Below, piece by piece: positions 21,401 through 31,026 of a stretch of DNA of 64,000 nucleotides. The first letter of the stretch is position 1. The number at the start of each line of letters is the position of its first letter. This DNA is from an uncultured Bacteroidota bacterium. Its GTDB lineage: Bacteria; Bacteroidota; Ignavibacteria; UBA10030; UBA6906. Position numbers and translations under genes: made by a program. The notes beneath the pieces were generated by a model that was not told where the DNA came from, did not search any database, and saw nothing but the letters and a program-made list of their open reading frames with translations. The stretch spans positions 1,408,001 through 1,472,000 of the forward strand of contig CAVOYH010000003.1 of assembly GCA_963700635.1 (NCBI GenBank), read 5' to 3'.

Positions 21401-21856
21401 GGGACGATTTCTCTCGGCGGAAAGACGGAGCTCACCGGCGCCCTGTTCGGACGCGACATCGTGCTCGGAGAGAAGGTGGACCTTACGCTCGCAACCTCGT
21501 TCCTCGGATTACAGAAAGAAGAACGGTCTCCATGGACGCGGGAGCCGGGCGACGCAGCGGCGGGTGCTACACTCCCCACCGTCTTTGCCATGGATCAGAA
21601 TTACCCGAATCCGTTTAATCCGACAACCGTTATCAACTACCAGTTGCCGGCGCAGCGTGCTGTTACATTCACCGTCTACAACACGCTCGGGCAAGAGGTG
21701 GTTACGCTGGTTAATGAGGTGCAGCCGGCCGGAAACTATTCCCTCACGTGGGATGGAAAGAACCAGGCCGGGTATGCCGTGAGCACCGGGGTGTACATTT
21801 ACAAACTGCAGGCGGGCAGCTTTGTCGATATCAAGAAGATGATGCTGCTGAAATAA
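15447..21856 (+). pseudogene. Giant T9SS-secreted beta-helix/metzincin/vWA protein split by a 1-nt frameshift near 18159 (ORFs 15447-18368 and 18263-21856); may be intact if this is a sequencing error
   Basis: Signal peptide and GSLRQAI; many GNxIGT/NVISGN beta-helix repeats; the [22 protein letters not shown] motif straddles two frames; HEAGHFGGMGD with Met-turn; vWA; heptad repeats; QNYPNPFNP/FlgD-type CTD. Confidence 0.85.
19688..19897 (+). repeat. 10 tandem 21-nt coding repeats, G(F/I)(V/I)(S/T)GQP
   Basis: GFVSGQP x2, GFVTGQP, GIITGQP, GFVSGQP x2, GIVSGQP, GFVSGQP x3; synonymous third-position variation between units. Confidence 0.97.
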
Positions 21857-21974
21857 TCCCCCGGAGGCACGGCGGGACAATTGTAACACCAAGCTACCGC
21901 GGATACTGTGTCTGCGGTAGCTTGGTTTTTGTACGTAAACGTGGTACCTTTATGCTCCTTCTGCCTGAACGGGA

Positions 21975-24900
21975 ATGAACGAAACCCAATTTACACGATA
22001 TACAACCAGCTGGCTGCGTGCAGTGCCTGCGGTCGGCCTGGTACTCCTTGCCCTGCTGTGCGTGCAGGATTCTTCCGCCCAGCGGAAGTACACATTCGAA
22101 CACCTGACGGTGAAACACGGACTCTCGCAGGGAAGTGTGCTCTGTATCCTTCAGGACAGCAAGGGATTTATGTGGTTCGGCACCCAGGATGGGCTGAACA
22201 GGTACGACGGGTACCACGTCAAGGTCTTCAAGAATATCCCCGGAGACTCCACGTCCCTGAACGGAAGTTATATCCTCACCATCGCCGAAGATTCCAACCA
22301 GACCCTCTGGATCCGCACCAACGAGGGCGGAACCATACTCAACCGGTTTGACCGCGCGACAGAATCGTTCACGCAGGTCCCGGGTGACAGCGTTAATCTT
22401 CTCCATGCCCAAAAAAATGTTTCACGGCAGGAATACGACGAACCTTCCGGCGTGCAGTGGCGGGGTACAGCAAGAGGCTCTGGTCTGACACGGTTCGATC
22501 CCCGGAACGGCACGACCACTGTCTTCAAACATGACCCATCTGATCCTCACAGCCTCATTGACAATCGGATCTACTATATCTACGGGGACCGCGGGGGAAC
22601 TATTTGGGTCGGAACCCGCATCGGGCTCGACCGGTTCAATGATGAGACCGGAACATTCACTCACTACACGCATCAGCCGAATAATCCGAACAGCCTCAGT
22701 GACAGCTGGGTATGGCCGATTTTCGAAGATAAGGCCGGTATCCTCTGGGTCGGGACATACAACGGCGGACTGAACCGGTTCGACCGGAAGACCGGGACAT
22801 TTACCCGGTATTTGCATGAAGAAGCCAACCCGAGGAGTCTTAATGGTAATCAACTCCTCTCAATCAACCAGGATCGATCGGGGATGATCTGGGTTGGCAT
22901 CGATGGCCAGGGAGTGGATCGGTTTCACCCGGACCTTGGTGCGTTCAACAATTTTATGAATGATCCCAAGAATCCAGCGAGTCTTCTGAACAATAATGTC
23001 GTCGGCCTTTACGTCGATCAATCTGGTGTCCCATGGATAGGCAGTAAAGCAGGGCTGAGCCGCCTGAATCGGAGGACGGGAAAGTTTGACCATTTCCGAC
23101 CTGATGCTGCCAGACCATCGAGTCTTGGCGGAAACATGCCCCACGTATTCCTTGAAGACAAAACCGGGGAGATGTGGATAGGATTGATCGGCGGAGGGAT
23201 TGATCGATTCGACCGGAAGCGCGGCACCTTCACGCACTACAAACACAATCCGTCCAACCCGAAAAGCCTGAGCGGCAATGAGGTGTATGCGCTCTATGAG
23301 GATCGGAGCGGTGTCATCTGGGCCGGGACGTTTAACACGGGCCTGGATCGGTTCGACCGGGCTACAGGCACGTTTACAAACTACCACCATGTGGATTCCA
23401 TTCCCGGGAGTCTCGGCGGCGGCGGTGTCTTCGCCCTGCTGGAAGACAGGGCGGGAGATTTCTGGGTAGGGACGTTCGGCGGAGGTCTGGACCGGTTTGA
23501 CCGGGAGCGCGGGGTGTTCACCCACTTCAAACACGACGATGCAGATTCCAGCAGCCTGAGCAACGATCTGATCGCGTGTCTGTATGAGGACCGTGCGGGA
23601 ACCCTCTGGATTGGAACAGCAGGCGGCTTGAACCGGATGGACCGTGCAGCCGGCACATTCCGGTCATACCATGTGAAAGACGGACTGCCCGATGATGTCG
23701 TGCTGGGAATCCTGGAAGATTCGGGCGGAATTCTCTGGCTCAGCACCAACAAGGGTCTCTCGAAGTTTGATCCGCGGATGGAAACCTTCCGGAACTTCGA
23801 CTATAACGACGGCCTCCCGGGTGATGAATTTAACCAGGGGGCATACGCTCTCGACCCCCGTTCGGGAGAGATGTTCTTCGGCGGGACAAACGGGTTTACA
23901 CTGTTCCATCCCGACAGTATCTTCGATAACACGTACGTGCCCCCTGTCGCCTTTAGTTCGTTTGTCCGTTACAACACCGACGATGAAGAGGGAAAACCGA
24001 TCGAGGAGCGGGGAATCGAAGCACGCCCGCTTATCACACTTACCTACAAGGATAATGTCGCCAGTTTGTCGTTTTCAGCATTCAGCTTCTATAACAATTT
24101 CAAGAATCAGTATGCGTACAAGCTGGAGGGGTTCAGCGACAACTGGATTCAGCTCGGGACCGAGCCGCGGGCAACATTCACGAACCTGGATGCCGGGGAG
24201 TATGTTCTCCGGGTCAAGGGCTCCAACAGCGAAGGCGTGTGGAACACTGAGGGAGCTTCCCTGAATCTGGTTGTTACTCCCCCGTGGTGGGAAACTCGGT
24301 GGGCGTACGCCATCTATGCCTTCCTTGGGTTCAGCCTTCTGTTTTTTGTTCGCCGGGTGGAGATCAACCGTCGCGAGCAGAAAGCAAAGATCCGGGAATC
24401 AGAGCTTCAACGGAAGGCGATGGAGGCAGAAAAACGAACTCTTGAGGCGGAGAACGAGCGGAAATCAAAGGAATTGGAGGAGGCCCGGCAGTTGCAGCTC
24501 TCCATGCTGCCGGCAAAACTCCCTGAACATCCCCATCTCCAGATCGCCGTGCATATGCAGACGGCCACGGAAGTGGGGGGGGACTACTACGATTTTAACG
24601 AGGAGGCAAATGGAGTGCTGCATGTGGCATTCGGTGATGCGACCGGCCATGGTATGCAGGCAGGCACCATTGTGGCCTTGATGAAGGGGATGTTTGTATC
24701 CGATGCAACCCGGCTCGATTTGAAGGAGTTTATGAGTCACTGCACCCGCTCATTCAAGGGGATACGGCTGGGGAGATTGCTGATGGCGTTAAGCGTATTG
24801 AAGATTCAGGACCGGAAGGTGAGTTTCACATCGGGAGGGATGCCCCCCGCGTACATCTACAGGAGTCAGGACTCCCGGATCGAAGAAATCCTCCTGAAGG

Positions 24901-25178
24901 GGATGCCTCTGGGTGCCATGAAGAATTTTCCGTATGCGGTGGAGGAACACCACCTGAATCCGGGCGACGTGATCCTGCTCCTGAGCGATGGCCTTCCGGA
25001 GCAGAAGAATGCCGGGGGGGAGATGTTCGGATATGACCGCGTGGAGGAGGGGCTCCGCCAGGTTGCCCGGCGCAGTCCGGAAGAAATTGTGCAATATTTC
25101 CTCGCGGCAGGGGAGACATGGATGGACGGCGTTGCGCAGGATGATGACATTACGCTGATGGTCATTAAAATGAAATGA
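21975..25178 (+). CDS. Two-component-type beta-propeller/Y_Y_Y sensor fused to a SpoIIE/PP2C phosphatase
   Basis: Repeated (E/Q)DxxGxxWxGT..GLxRFD blades, YAYKLEG..TNLDAGEY, TM helix, coiled coil, EVGGDYYD, GDATGHG, SDG, DDITL. Confidence 0.9.
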   Translation: MNETQFTRYTTSWLRAVPAVGLVLLALLCVQDSSAQRKYTFEHLTVKHGLSQGSVLCILQDSKGFMWFGTQDGLNRYDGYHVKVFKNIPGDSTSLNGSYILTIAEDSNQTLWIRTNEGGTILNRFDRATESFTQVPGDSVNLLHAQKNVSRQEYDEPSGVQWRGTARGSGLTRFDPRNGTTTVFKHDPSDPHSLIDNRIYYIYGDRGGTIWVGTRIGLDRFNDETGTFTHYTHQPNNPNSLSDSWVWPIFEDKAGILWVGTYNGGLNRFDRKTGTFTRYLHEEANPRSLNGNQLLSINQDRSGMIWVGIDGQGVDRFHPDLGAFNNFMNDPKNPASLLNNNVVGLYVDQSGVPWIGSKAGLSRLNRRTGKFDHFRPDAARPSSLGGNMPHVFLEDKTGEMWIGLIGGGIDRFDRKRGTFTHYKHNPSNPKSLSGNEVYALYEDRSGVIWAGTFNTGLDRFDRATGTFTNYHHVDSIPGSLGGGGVFALLEDRAGDFWVGTFGGGLDRFDRERGVFTHFKHDDADSSSLSNDLIACLYEDRAGTLWIGTAGGLNRMDRAAGTFRSYHVKDGLPDDVVLGILEDSGGILWLSTNKGLSKFDPRMETFRNFDYNDGLPGDEFNQGAYALDPRSGEMFFGGTNGFTLFHPDSIFDNTYVPPVAFSSFVRYNTDDEEGKPIEERGIEARPLITLTYKDNVASLSFSAFSFYNNFKNQYAYKLEGFSDNWIQLGTEPRATFTNLDAGEYVLRVKGSNSEGVWNTEGASLNLVVTPPWWETRWAYAIYAFLGFSLLFFVRRVEINRREQKAKIRESELQRKAMEAEKRTLEAENERKSKELEEARQLQLSMLPAKLPEHPHLQIAVHMQTATEVGGDYYDFNEEANGVLHVAFGDATGHGMQAGTIVALMKGMFVSDATRLDLKEFMSHCTRSFKGIRLGRLLMALSVLKIQDRKVSFTSGGMPPAYIYRSQDSRIEEILLKGMPLGAMKNFPYAVEEHHLNPGDVILLLSDGLPEQKNAGGEMFGYDRVEEGLRQVARRSPEEIVQYFLAAGETWMDGVAQDDDITLMVIKMK

Positions 25179-25262
25179 GGAAGGTTGATGGGTGCTGTGC
25201 AGGCCGATGCTGACCTAGCTTCTCGAGAACCAGTTTCATCTGTCAATTTCCTGGCGACTGGG

Positions 25263-26480
25263 ATGAACTTCAGAATCAGATCAGCGGCGCTCCTCTTTTT
25301 GTTTCCGGTAATGTTAGTGCCGAGTGAAGTCACCGCACAGGAGCAGTATCTCGTTATCAATATTGCCCCTGAGGAAGAAACAGCGATTGCTGTCGGGCAG
25401 ATCCGGCAGACCATGAAGCGGAGCCCCTCCGATCATGTTCGCCTGGGCGTCGGTGCCATTTTTTCATACCTCGACACATCGCGGGAACGGTGCACGGAGG
25501 AGCTGCTCGAGTTCCTTTCGCTTGCAGAGCGTTACGACATACCGGTTGTTGTCCAGCTTGACGGCGAACAATGGTGGAAAGCCCGTCCGGATTTATGGAA
25601 CTGGTGGGATCCCGGGCTCCCTGGCTATGATCCAGAGAACCGGCTGAACGTCGAGTGGTCGGGATGGGGGCCCGAACACGCGATGAAGATAGCCTGGCGC
25701 AACTGGGGTGAACAGATACGGGTTCTGCCGCCTCCCAACTTTATGAGCCCCCGCTACCGGAAAGCCTGTCATGAAGAAATGCGGATACATATTCCCCTGA
25801 TTCTGCGGTGGTGGGCGAACCTGCCTGATGAGAAAAAGTACCTGCTGATTGGAGTCAAGCTGGGCTGGGAAACCGCCATCGGCGTAAACTCGTTCTACTA
25901 CCCGAACGGGAATGCGCTCCTGGACGCCCCCGAAATTGATGACCCCCGTACCGAACTCAAGGGTGACGATATACCCGGTCGTGGTGTCAAAGCGATCGGG
26001 TATGCCGCAGTATCGACTGCCCGTCTGGCCCACAGGGGAGTGCTGCAGGAAGAGCACCTGGCGGAGATCGTCAGACGTCACCTGGCCGACCTTTGTGCGC
26101 TGGCTGCCGGACTCGGCGTTCCCCGCGAGAAGTTGTTCACGCATGTGGGCGGCTGGAAGGAAGAAGAACTTCTTTACGAGGGCGCCCTGAATGATTACTC
26201 ATGCCCCGGATGGAGCTTCTACAGGCATGCGAAAGATCCCGCAAAAGACGCGGGGGTACAAAAGGCCCTGCGGAAGAGCAACGCCCCGTTCTGGGCCGCG
26301 GCCGAATGGCTATTGATGGGGAAAAACGACAAGCAGGCATGGCTCAACGCACTCGGGCGGACATTGTCCGATCCGGCATGCCGGTATGTGTGCATCTACA
26401 ATTGGAGCGGTATCAAAGATGATCGCGCAGCCCTCGACGCGATTCAGGATATGCTTGATGCCCGGGAAGTTCATCCCTGA
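25263..26480 (+). CDS. Secreted hypothetical protein, possible TIM-barrel glycoside hydrolase
   Basis: Signal peptide from ATG 25263; Trp-rich; GVKLGWE and WAAAEW resemble clan GH-A catalytic Glu contexts. Confidence 0.6.
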   Translation: MNFRIRSAALLFLFPVMLVPSEVTAQEQYLVINIAPEEETAIAVGQIRQTMKRSPSDHVRLGVGAIFSYLDTSRERCTEELLEFLSLAERYDIPVVVQLDGEQWWKARPDLWNWWDPGLPGYDPENRLNVEWSGWGPEHAMKIAWRNWGEQIRVLPPPNFMSPRYRKACHEEMRIHIPLILRWWANLPDEKKYLLIGVKLGWETAIGVNSFYYPNGNALLDAPEIDDPRTELKGDDIPGRGVKAIGYAAVSTARLAHRGVLQEEHLAEIVRRHLADLCALAAGLGVPREKLFTHVGGWKEEELLYEGALNDYSCPGWSFYRHAKDPAKDAGVQKALRKSNAPFWAAAEWLLMGKNDKQAWLNALGRTLSDPACRYVCIYNWSGIKDDRAALDAIQDMLDAREVHP

Positions 26481-26553
26481 TATGGATACGATGTGAGTAA
26501 CGCACCGGCTGCGGGGTGTACAAGCTGCCGGTGTTTGTGAAGCCGGCCACCCT

Positions 26554-27720
26554 CTACAGATAGCTCAGCCAGGGTTCTTTGCGCCGGCGTTTTACCCCGG
26601 CAAACCACCGGCAGGGGAGGTAGAGGAGCAGAATAACCGAGACCCACACCAGATACACAATCCCCAGATTGAACCCGTACGTTGCGGGCCATTGGTCCCA
26701 GAGAACATTGGAGAAAAGAAAACTGATGTCGTGTACGGTCAGCGAGGCGGCAATGACAGCGAGACCGTGAATGAGATACAGGTGCAGAACGTAATAGAAG
26801 AGCGGCACGCGCCCGAAGACGGTAAGAAAATTTGCGAACCGCCCGTGCCACCGTTCGAGAAGGGGGAGAATGAGGATGGCTGGGCCGAGAGTCATCATCA
26901 GGTAGAGGAGTGAGGGTGGATACTTGTGTGTGTCGATGAAGGAGAGTACGGTCTTCAGCACAGTATCCTGGGAACTCCAGGGATGGGGATCACCGTACAG
27001 ATTCAAAGCCCGCAGCACGACGAACCCACCGACGAGAGCTAAGCCAAGCTTGTAAAGTGTCGCGCGACGCGTGTGCTCTTCCTTCTGTAAAATCCCGCCG
27101 AAAACGTATCCCGCAGCCATCACCCCGATCCAGGGAATAAGGGGGTACGCAACGAAGAATACTCTGTCCACGGCGTACACAATAGGGCTCTGGATATGGA
27201 GGATCTGCCAGAGCCATCCGAACACACCCATTGAAGCGGGGGACACCGCATCGAGGCTGTTGTGCAGCACAATCATGCCGATCGCCAGCACAGCGATTGC
27301 CCTTCGCGGCAGAAACACCAATCCCGAAAGCACCACCATCGACCAGCCGATCGCCCAGATCACCTGCACAAACATGAAGGAATAGTCGAAGTTGAATAAC
27401 CAGGCAAAGCGAACGACGGTGAGTTCGAGAAACACCAACCAGAATCCGCGTGTCAGCAGAAATCGGGAGAGCTCTGATTTGGTTTTGCCGCGGGAGAGTG
27501 AAAGGAACGCCCCGGTTCCTGCCAGGAAGACAAATGCGGGCGCACAATGGTGCGTGACCCACCGGGTAATGAACAGGAGGGACGTGGTTTGTGTGAGGTC
27601 CAGAGGATCAAAACGTGCTGTATGGAAGTAGTCGCGCACGTGGTCCAGGGCCATGATCACCATGGCTATTCCGCGGAGCAGATCGACGGAATTAAGACGA
27701 ACCGCCTTCTTTTCGGCCAC
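26554..27720 (-). CDS. DUF1624 / heparan-alpha-glucosaminide N-acetyltransferase-like membrane protein
   Basis: RLNSVDLLRGIAMVIMALDH, TRWVTHHCAPAFVFLAG, KYPPSL, FGRVPLFYY; GTG 27720 with GGAGG RBS. Confidence 0.85.
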   Translation of the reverse strand: MAEKKAVRLNSVDLLRGIAMVIMALDHVRDYFHTARFDPLDLTQTTSLLFITRWVTHHCAPAFVFLAGTGAFLSLSRGKTKSELSRFLLTRGFWLVFLELTVVRFAWLFNFDYSFMFVQVIWAIGWSMVVLSGLVFLPRRAIAVLAIGMIVLHNSLDAVSPASMGVFGWLWQILHIQSPIVYAVDRVFFVAYPLIPWIGVMAAGYVFGGILQKEEHTRRATLYKLGLALVGGFVVLRALNLYGDPHPWSSQDTVLKTVLSFIDTHKYPPSLLYLMMTLGPAILILPLLERWHGRFANFLTVFGRVPLFYYVLHLYLIHGLAVIAASLTVHDISFLFSNVLWDQWPATYGFNLGIVYLVWVSVILLLYLPCRWFAGVKRRRKEPWLSYL

Positions 27721-27956
27721 AGGTCCTCCGGAATTGGGAAAGAACAAAGTGATCCCAAAGAGCGAACTTCCCGGATTGTATGCAACGGAAATCTCCTCCC
27801 GGAAGGGGCCCTGATTCATCGTTGACGGAATCATCGCGTGGAAGAAAAGCGACCTTGCTGTTTGGCCGGTCCAAAGGTATATTTCGGTTGAGACGGGTGC
27901 GCTTGTGCGGGTGCCGCTCTTGTGGGGGAGGAAAAACTGAGCCACGAGGAGGAGAT

Positions 27957-29402
27957 ATGCAGCGAACGGTCTGGACCGGTTTGGGCGCAATGCTGCTGAT
28001 GTTCGGAGTGCACAGAGCAGGATCCCAGGGCATCGTATTCGACACGACAGATGTACAATCTCTGTTCGCCGTCGGGAATACCATCACCACCACCATCGAC
28101 ACAATGACCAGAGTGGCGAACATCGGTACGCCGGGCCAGACGTCCTGGGATTTCGGCGGTCTTTCTACAACGTCGGTAACACGGATGAGGAGCGTGCCTG
28201 TGGGTTCCACTCCGTACGCCACCGACTTTCCTCAGGCGACTCACGCCCTCCGCGACACAACATTCACATATTCCTTTTATTCCGCTTCCCTTGCAACGAC
28301 AGTGACGCTGGTGGGGACGGGAATTCGATACTTTGGTGTGGAGGGTGATCTGCTCGGCTACGGCCTAAAGGGAACCGGGGACGCGTACATCTACGGCAGT
28401 CCGTATCCCGCTCAGGGTCAGTGGCTCAATGCGCCGGCATCCGTGGAGTACGACCTCCCGCTCCAGATCTCCACAAGCTGGATCGCCGATTACACAGAGT
28501 CCATTGCGGGCACCGCCTTCGTCAGTGGCATCACGTTTCCATTCGGACCCATTACCACACACCATACGATCACGTACACCGTTGATGCCTATGGCACACT
28601 CAATCTTCCCGGAGGCCAGGTGCAGGAAGCCCTCCGAATCCGAAAAATGGACCGGTTCATGAGTGGCACAACCATCGGAGTTCGCGCCGGATACATCTTC
28701 CTGGCCAAAAACGGCTCGACGGTTACACTGACAGTGATCGACACCTCCGCCACCAGCGGCACGGTGGCCGTGACTGATGTACAATGGTCAGCCCCCGGGA
28801 GCGATCTCCCGGTCCCCATTGAACTGGCCGGTTTCACGGCTGCGCGGCGGGACGGAGGATCCGTAACACTCACATGGACGACCCTTTCAGAGACCAACAA
28901 CTTTGGATTCACCGTGCAACGGAAAATTCCGCATGGCCCGGAGTACGTCGATGTGCCGGGCTCGTTTGTAGCAGGTCATGGCACCACCGTTGTCCGGCAG
29001 GAATACAGCTATGTTGACAATCCCGGGAGTGCGGAAGTTCTCTGGTACCGGCTGAAGCAGGTTGACCTCGACGGGGCTTTGTTTTTCTCTGACCCGGTTC
29101 AGGTTGGCGCGACAACGGGGGTGAGGGAAATTGCGCCGTTGTCCTTCGAGCTTTTGCAGAATTACCCCAACCCCTTCAATCCATCCACCACGATCAGTTA
29201 CACTGTACCGGCCCGATTGCCGGTGACGCTGACCCTTTGGAACGTCTATGGCCAGCAGGTGGCGGTTCTGCATCATGCTGTCCAGGATGCCGGACGCCAT
29301 CAAATCCGGTTTGACGGGAGCGGGCTCTCCAGCGGTGTGTACTTCTACAAGCTGCAGGCGGGACCGTACGTTTTAACGAAGCCGCTCGTTTTTATGAAAT
29401 GA
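27957..29402 (+). CDS. T9SS-secreted protein of unknown function (Thr-rich beta domain, PIELxxF Ig-like domain, CTD)
   Basis: GGAGGAG RBS, ATG 27957, signal peptide; VDAYGTLNLPGG; LPVPIELAGF...YRLKQVDLDG; QNYPNPFNPST. Confidence 0.85.
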   Translation: MQRTVWTGLGAMLLMFGVHRAGSQGIVFDTTDVQSLFAVGNTITTTIDTMTRVANIGTPGQTSWDFGGLSTTSVTRMRSVPVGSTPYATDFPQATHALRDTTFTYSFYSASLATTVTLVGTGIRYFGVEGDLLGYGLKGTGDAYIYGSPYPAQGQWLNAPASVEYDLPLQISTSWIADYTESIAGTAFVSGITFPFGPITTHHTITYTVDAYGTLNLPGGQVQEALRIRKMDRFMSGTTIGVRAGYIFLAKNGSTVTLTVIDTSATSGTVAVTDVQWSAPGSDLPVPIELAGFTAARRDGGSVTLTWTTLSETNNFGFTVQRKIPHGPEYVDVPGSFVAGHGTTVVRQEYSYVDNPGSAEVLWYRLKQVDLDGALFFSDPVQVGATTGVREIAPLSFELLQNYPNPFNPSTTISYTVPARLPVTLTLWNVYGQQVAVLHHAVQDAGRHQIRFDGSGLSSGVYFYKLQAGPYVLTKPLVFMK

Positions 29403-29432
29403 AACTCCTCATGTACTATTCGAGAACCTACC

Positions 29433-30602
29433 GTGAAACGAAGTCCGGGGTGTCTTGCGAAGCTGGAGAGAATGACCAAAACGCTTCGGCATGAAGAAGC
29501 CGACCGTGTTCCAGTCAGTGATTTCTTCTGGGGGAGTTTTCTTGATCGCTGGCGTCGTGAACTGGGGCTGGCGAAGGACTCGGACATCTATCGGTACTAT
29601 GATCTTGACTGGGTTGTCACGATCCCCAATATGGACCCTCATGTCAAACAGTTCGAGCTGCTCGAGGAATCCGACGGTCATGTTGTCGTGCGCACGGGTT
29701 TTGAGGCGGTGGTCAGGAAACAGTTCGCCGACCCGATGCCTGCATTTCTGAGGTTTGAGACCGATACCATCGAGAAAATGAAGGCATTCCAGTTTGATGA
29801 CCCATGGGATGAACGCAGATATCATCGTGCCGGTGACAATCAGATTGCCGGGGTTGGTGACGGTTTTGTGAGGAATTCGGCGGCCTGGGTGGAAGGAGTG
29901 AAGTCGCTTCATCCGGACTTTCCGGTGTATGGAAGTGTCTGCGAAGCACAGGAGATGGTATGGCGTATCATCGGGTCTGAAAACGTCATGCTCTGGATCG
30001 GTCTCTACCCTGATGAGCTCGCCGGATTCATCGAGCGTGTTGGGGAATTTGCCCTGGGGATCACCAGGGCCCAGATCCAGGCGGCCGGGGGCAGACTGGA
30101 TGGAATGGTCATATGGGGCGATATTGCCTACACCAGAGACATGTTCTTTTCCCCCGCATATTGGCGAAGGTGCTTCAAACCTGTTGTCAAAGCAATTGTT
30201 GAAGAATGCCACGCGCACGGACTCCCCGTGATCTACCATGGATGCGGCAATGTCAGGAGGGTCTTTCAGGACTTCATTGAGATCGGGGTGGACGCGTACA
30301 ACCCGCTGGAGGCGAAAGCCGGAATGGACGTCATCGGTTTGCGCCGTCAATACGGACACACAATCAGCTTCTGCGGTAATCTGGATGTCCTTACCTGGGC
30401 CTTCGGCACGCAGGAAGAGATTAAGAACATGGTCCTCACCAAATTGAACGCCGCAAAAGGTGGCGGCTATATCGTTCAATCGGATCATTCTGTGCCGGGA
30501 AATGTGTCGGGAGAAAACTACGATTACGTCATACGCCTCCTGCGCGAATACGGAACATATCCGTTGAGGCTGGGAGAATATGATATCGCAGACATACGTT
30601 GA
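29433..30602 (+). CDS. Uroporphyrinogen decarboxylase/MtaA-CmuA superfamily protein (not HemE)
   Basis: EADRVPV, WGDIA, IYHGCG, NPLE, GNLD, QSDHSVP; lacks the HemE PxWxMRQAGR motif. Confidence 0.82.
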   Translation: MKRSPGCLAKLERMTKTLRHEEADRVPVSDFFWGSFLDRWRRELGLAKDSDIYRYYDLDWVVTIPNMDPHVKQFELLEESDGHVVVRTGFEAVVRKQFADPMPAFLRFETDTIEKMKAFQFDDPWDERRYHRAGDNQIAGVGDGFVRNSAAWVEGVKSLHPDFPVYGSVCEAQEMVWRIIGSENVMLWIGLYPDELAGFIERVGEFALGITRAQIQAAGGRLDGMVIWGDIAYTRDMFFSPAYWRRCFKPVVKAIVEECHAHGLPVIYHGCGNVRRVFQDFIEIGVDAYNPLEAKAGMDVIGLRRQYGHTISFCGNLDVLTWAFGTQEEIKNMVLTKLNAAKGGGYIVQSDHSVPGNVSGENYDYVIRLLREYGTYPLRLGEYDIADIR

Positions 30603-30715
30603 GGCAGGAAGGTGCTCCCGTGGTTGCATGTTGCTATTGGGCGGACAGATCAGTTACTTTATTTTAGAGGCTGTACGCCTCTCGAGGTATCCAAAACTTT
30701 CGAAAGGAACAAACC

Positions 30716-30919
30716 ATGTCCGTCGCACGTGTTACGGAAATAACTTCAGCGTCCACAAAAAGCTTCGAGGATGCAATCCAGGTCGGCGTCAGCCGTGCCA
30801 ACAAGACTCTGCAGAATGTTAAGGGTGCCTGGATCCAGGATCAGAAGATCGTGGTGGAAAACGGCAAGATCACCGAATACCGCGTGAACATGAAGGTGAC
30901 GTTTGTACTCACGGCCTGA
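30716..30919 (+). CDS. Dodecin family protein
   Basis: MSVARVTEITSASTKSFEDAI...TLQNV..W...EYRVNMKVTF; AAGGA RBS. Confidence 0.9.
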   Translation: MSVARVTEITSASTKSFEDAIQVGVSRANKTLQNVKGAWIQDQKIVVENGKITEYRVNMKVTFVLTA

Positions 30920-31026
30920 TGTGTGCAATCGCGGAAATGTTGGTCTTGCAGCCACTGTGTCCCGGGCAACCATTTCGGGGAGAACGGGATTGTTGAGTAA
31001 GATCATGTTTTTGCAGGGAGAGTAGA

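Noticed and set aside
18263-21856. Independent gene starting at GTG 18263
   Set aside because: No RBS or signal peptide despite a T9SS tail, and the conserved motif begins upstream at about 18164 in the same frame
30920-31026. ZTP riboswitch upstream of purU
   Set aside because: Plausible context, but the GACUGGCG and GCCUGGGC elements are not present
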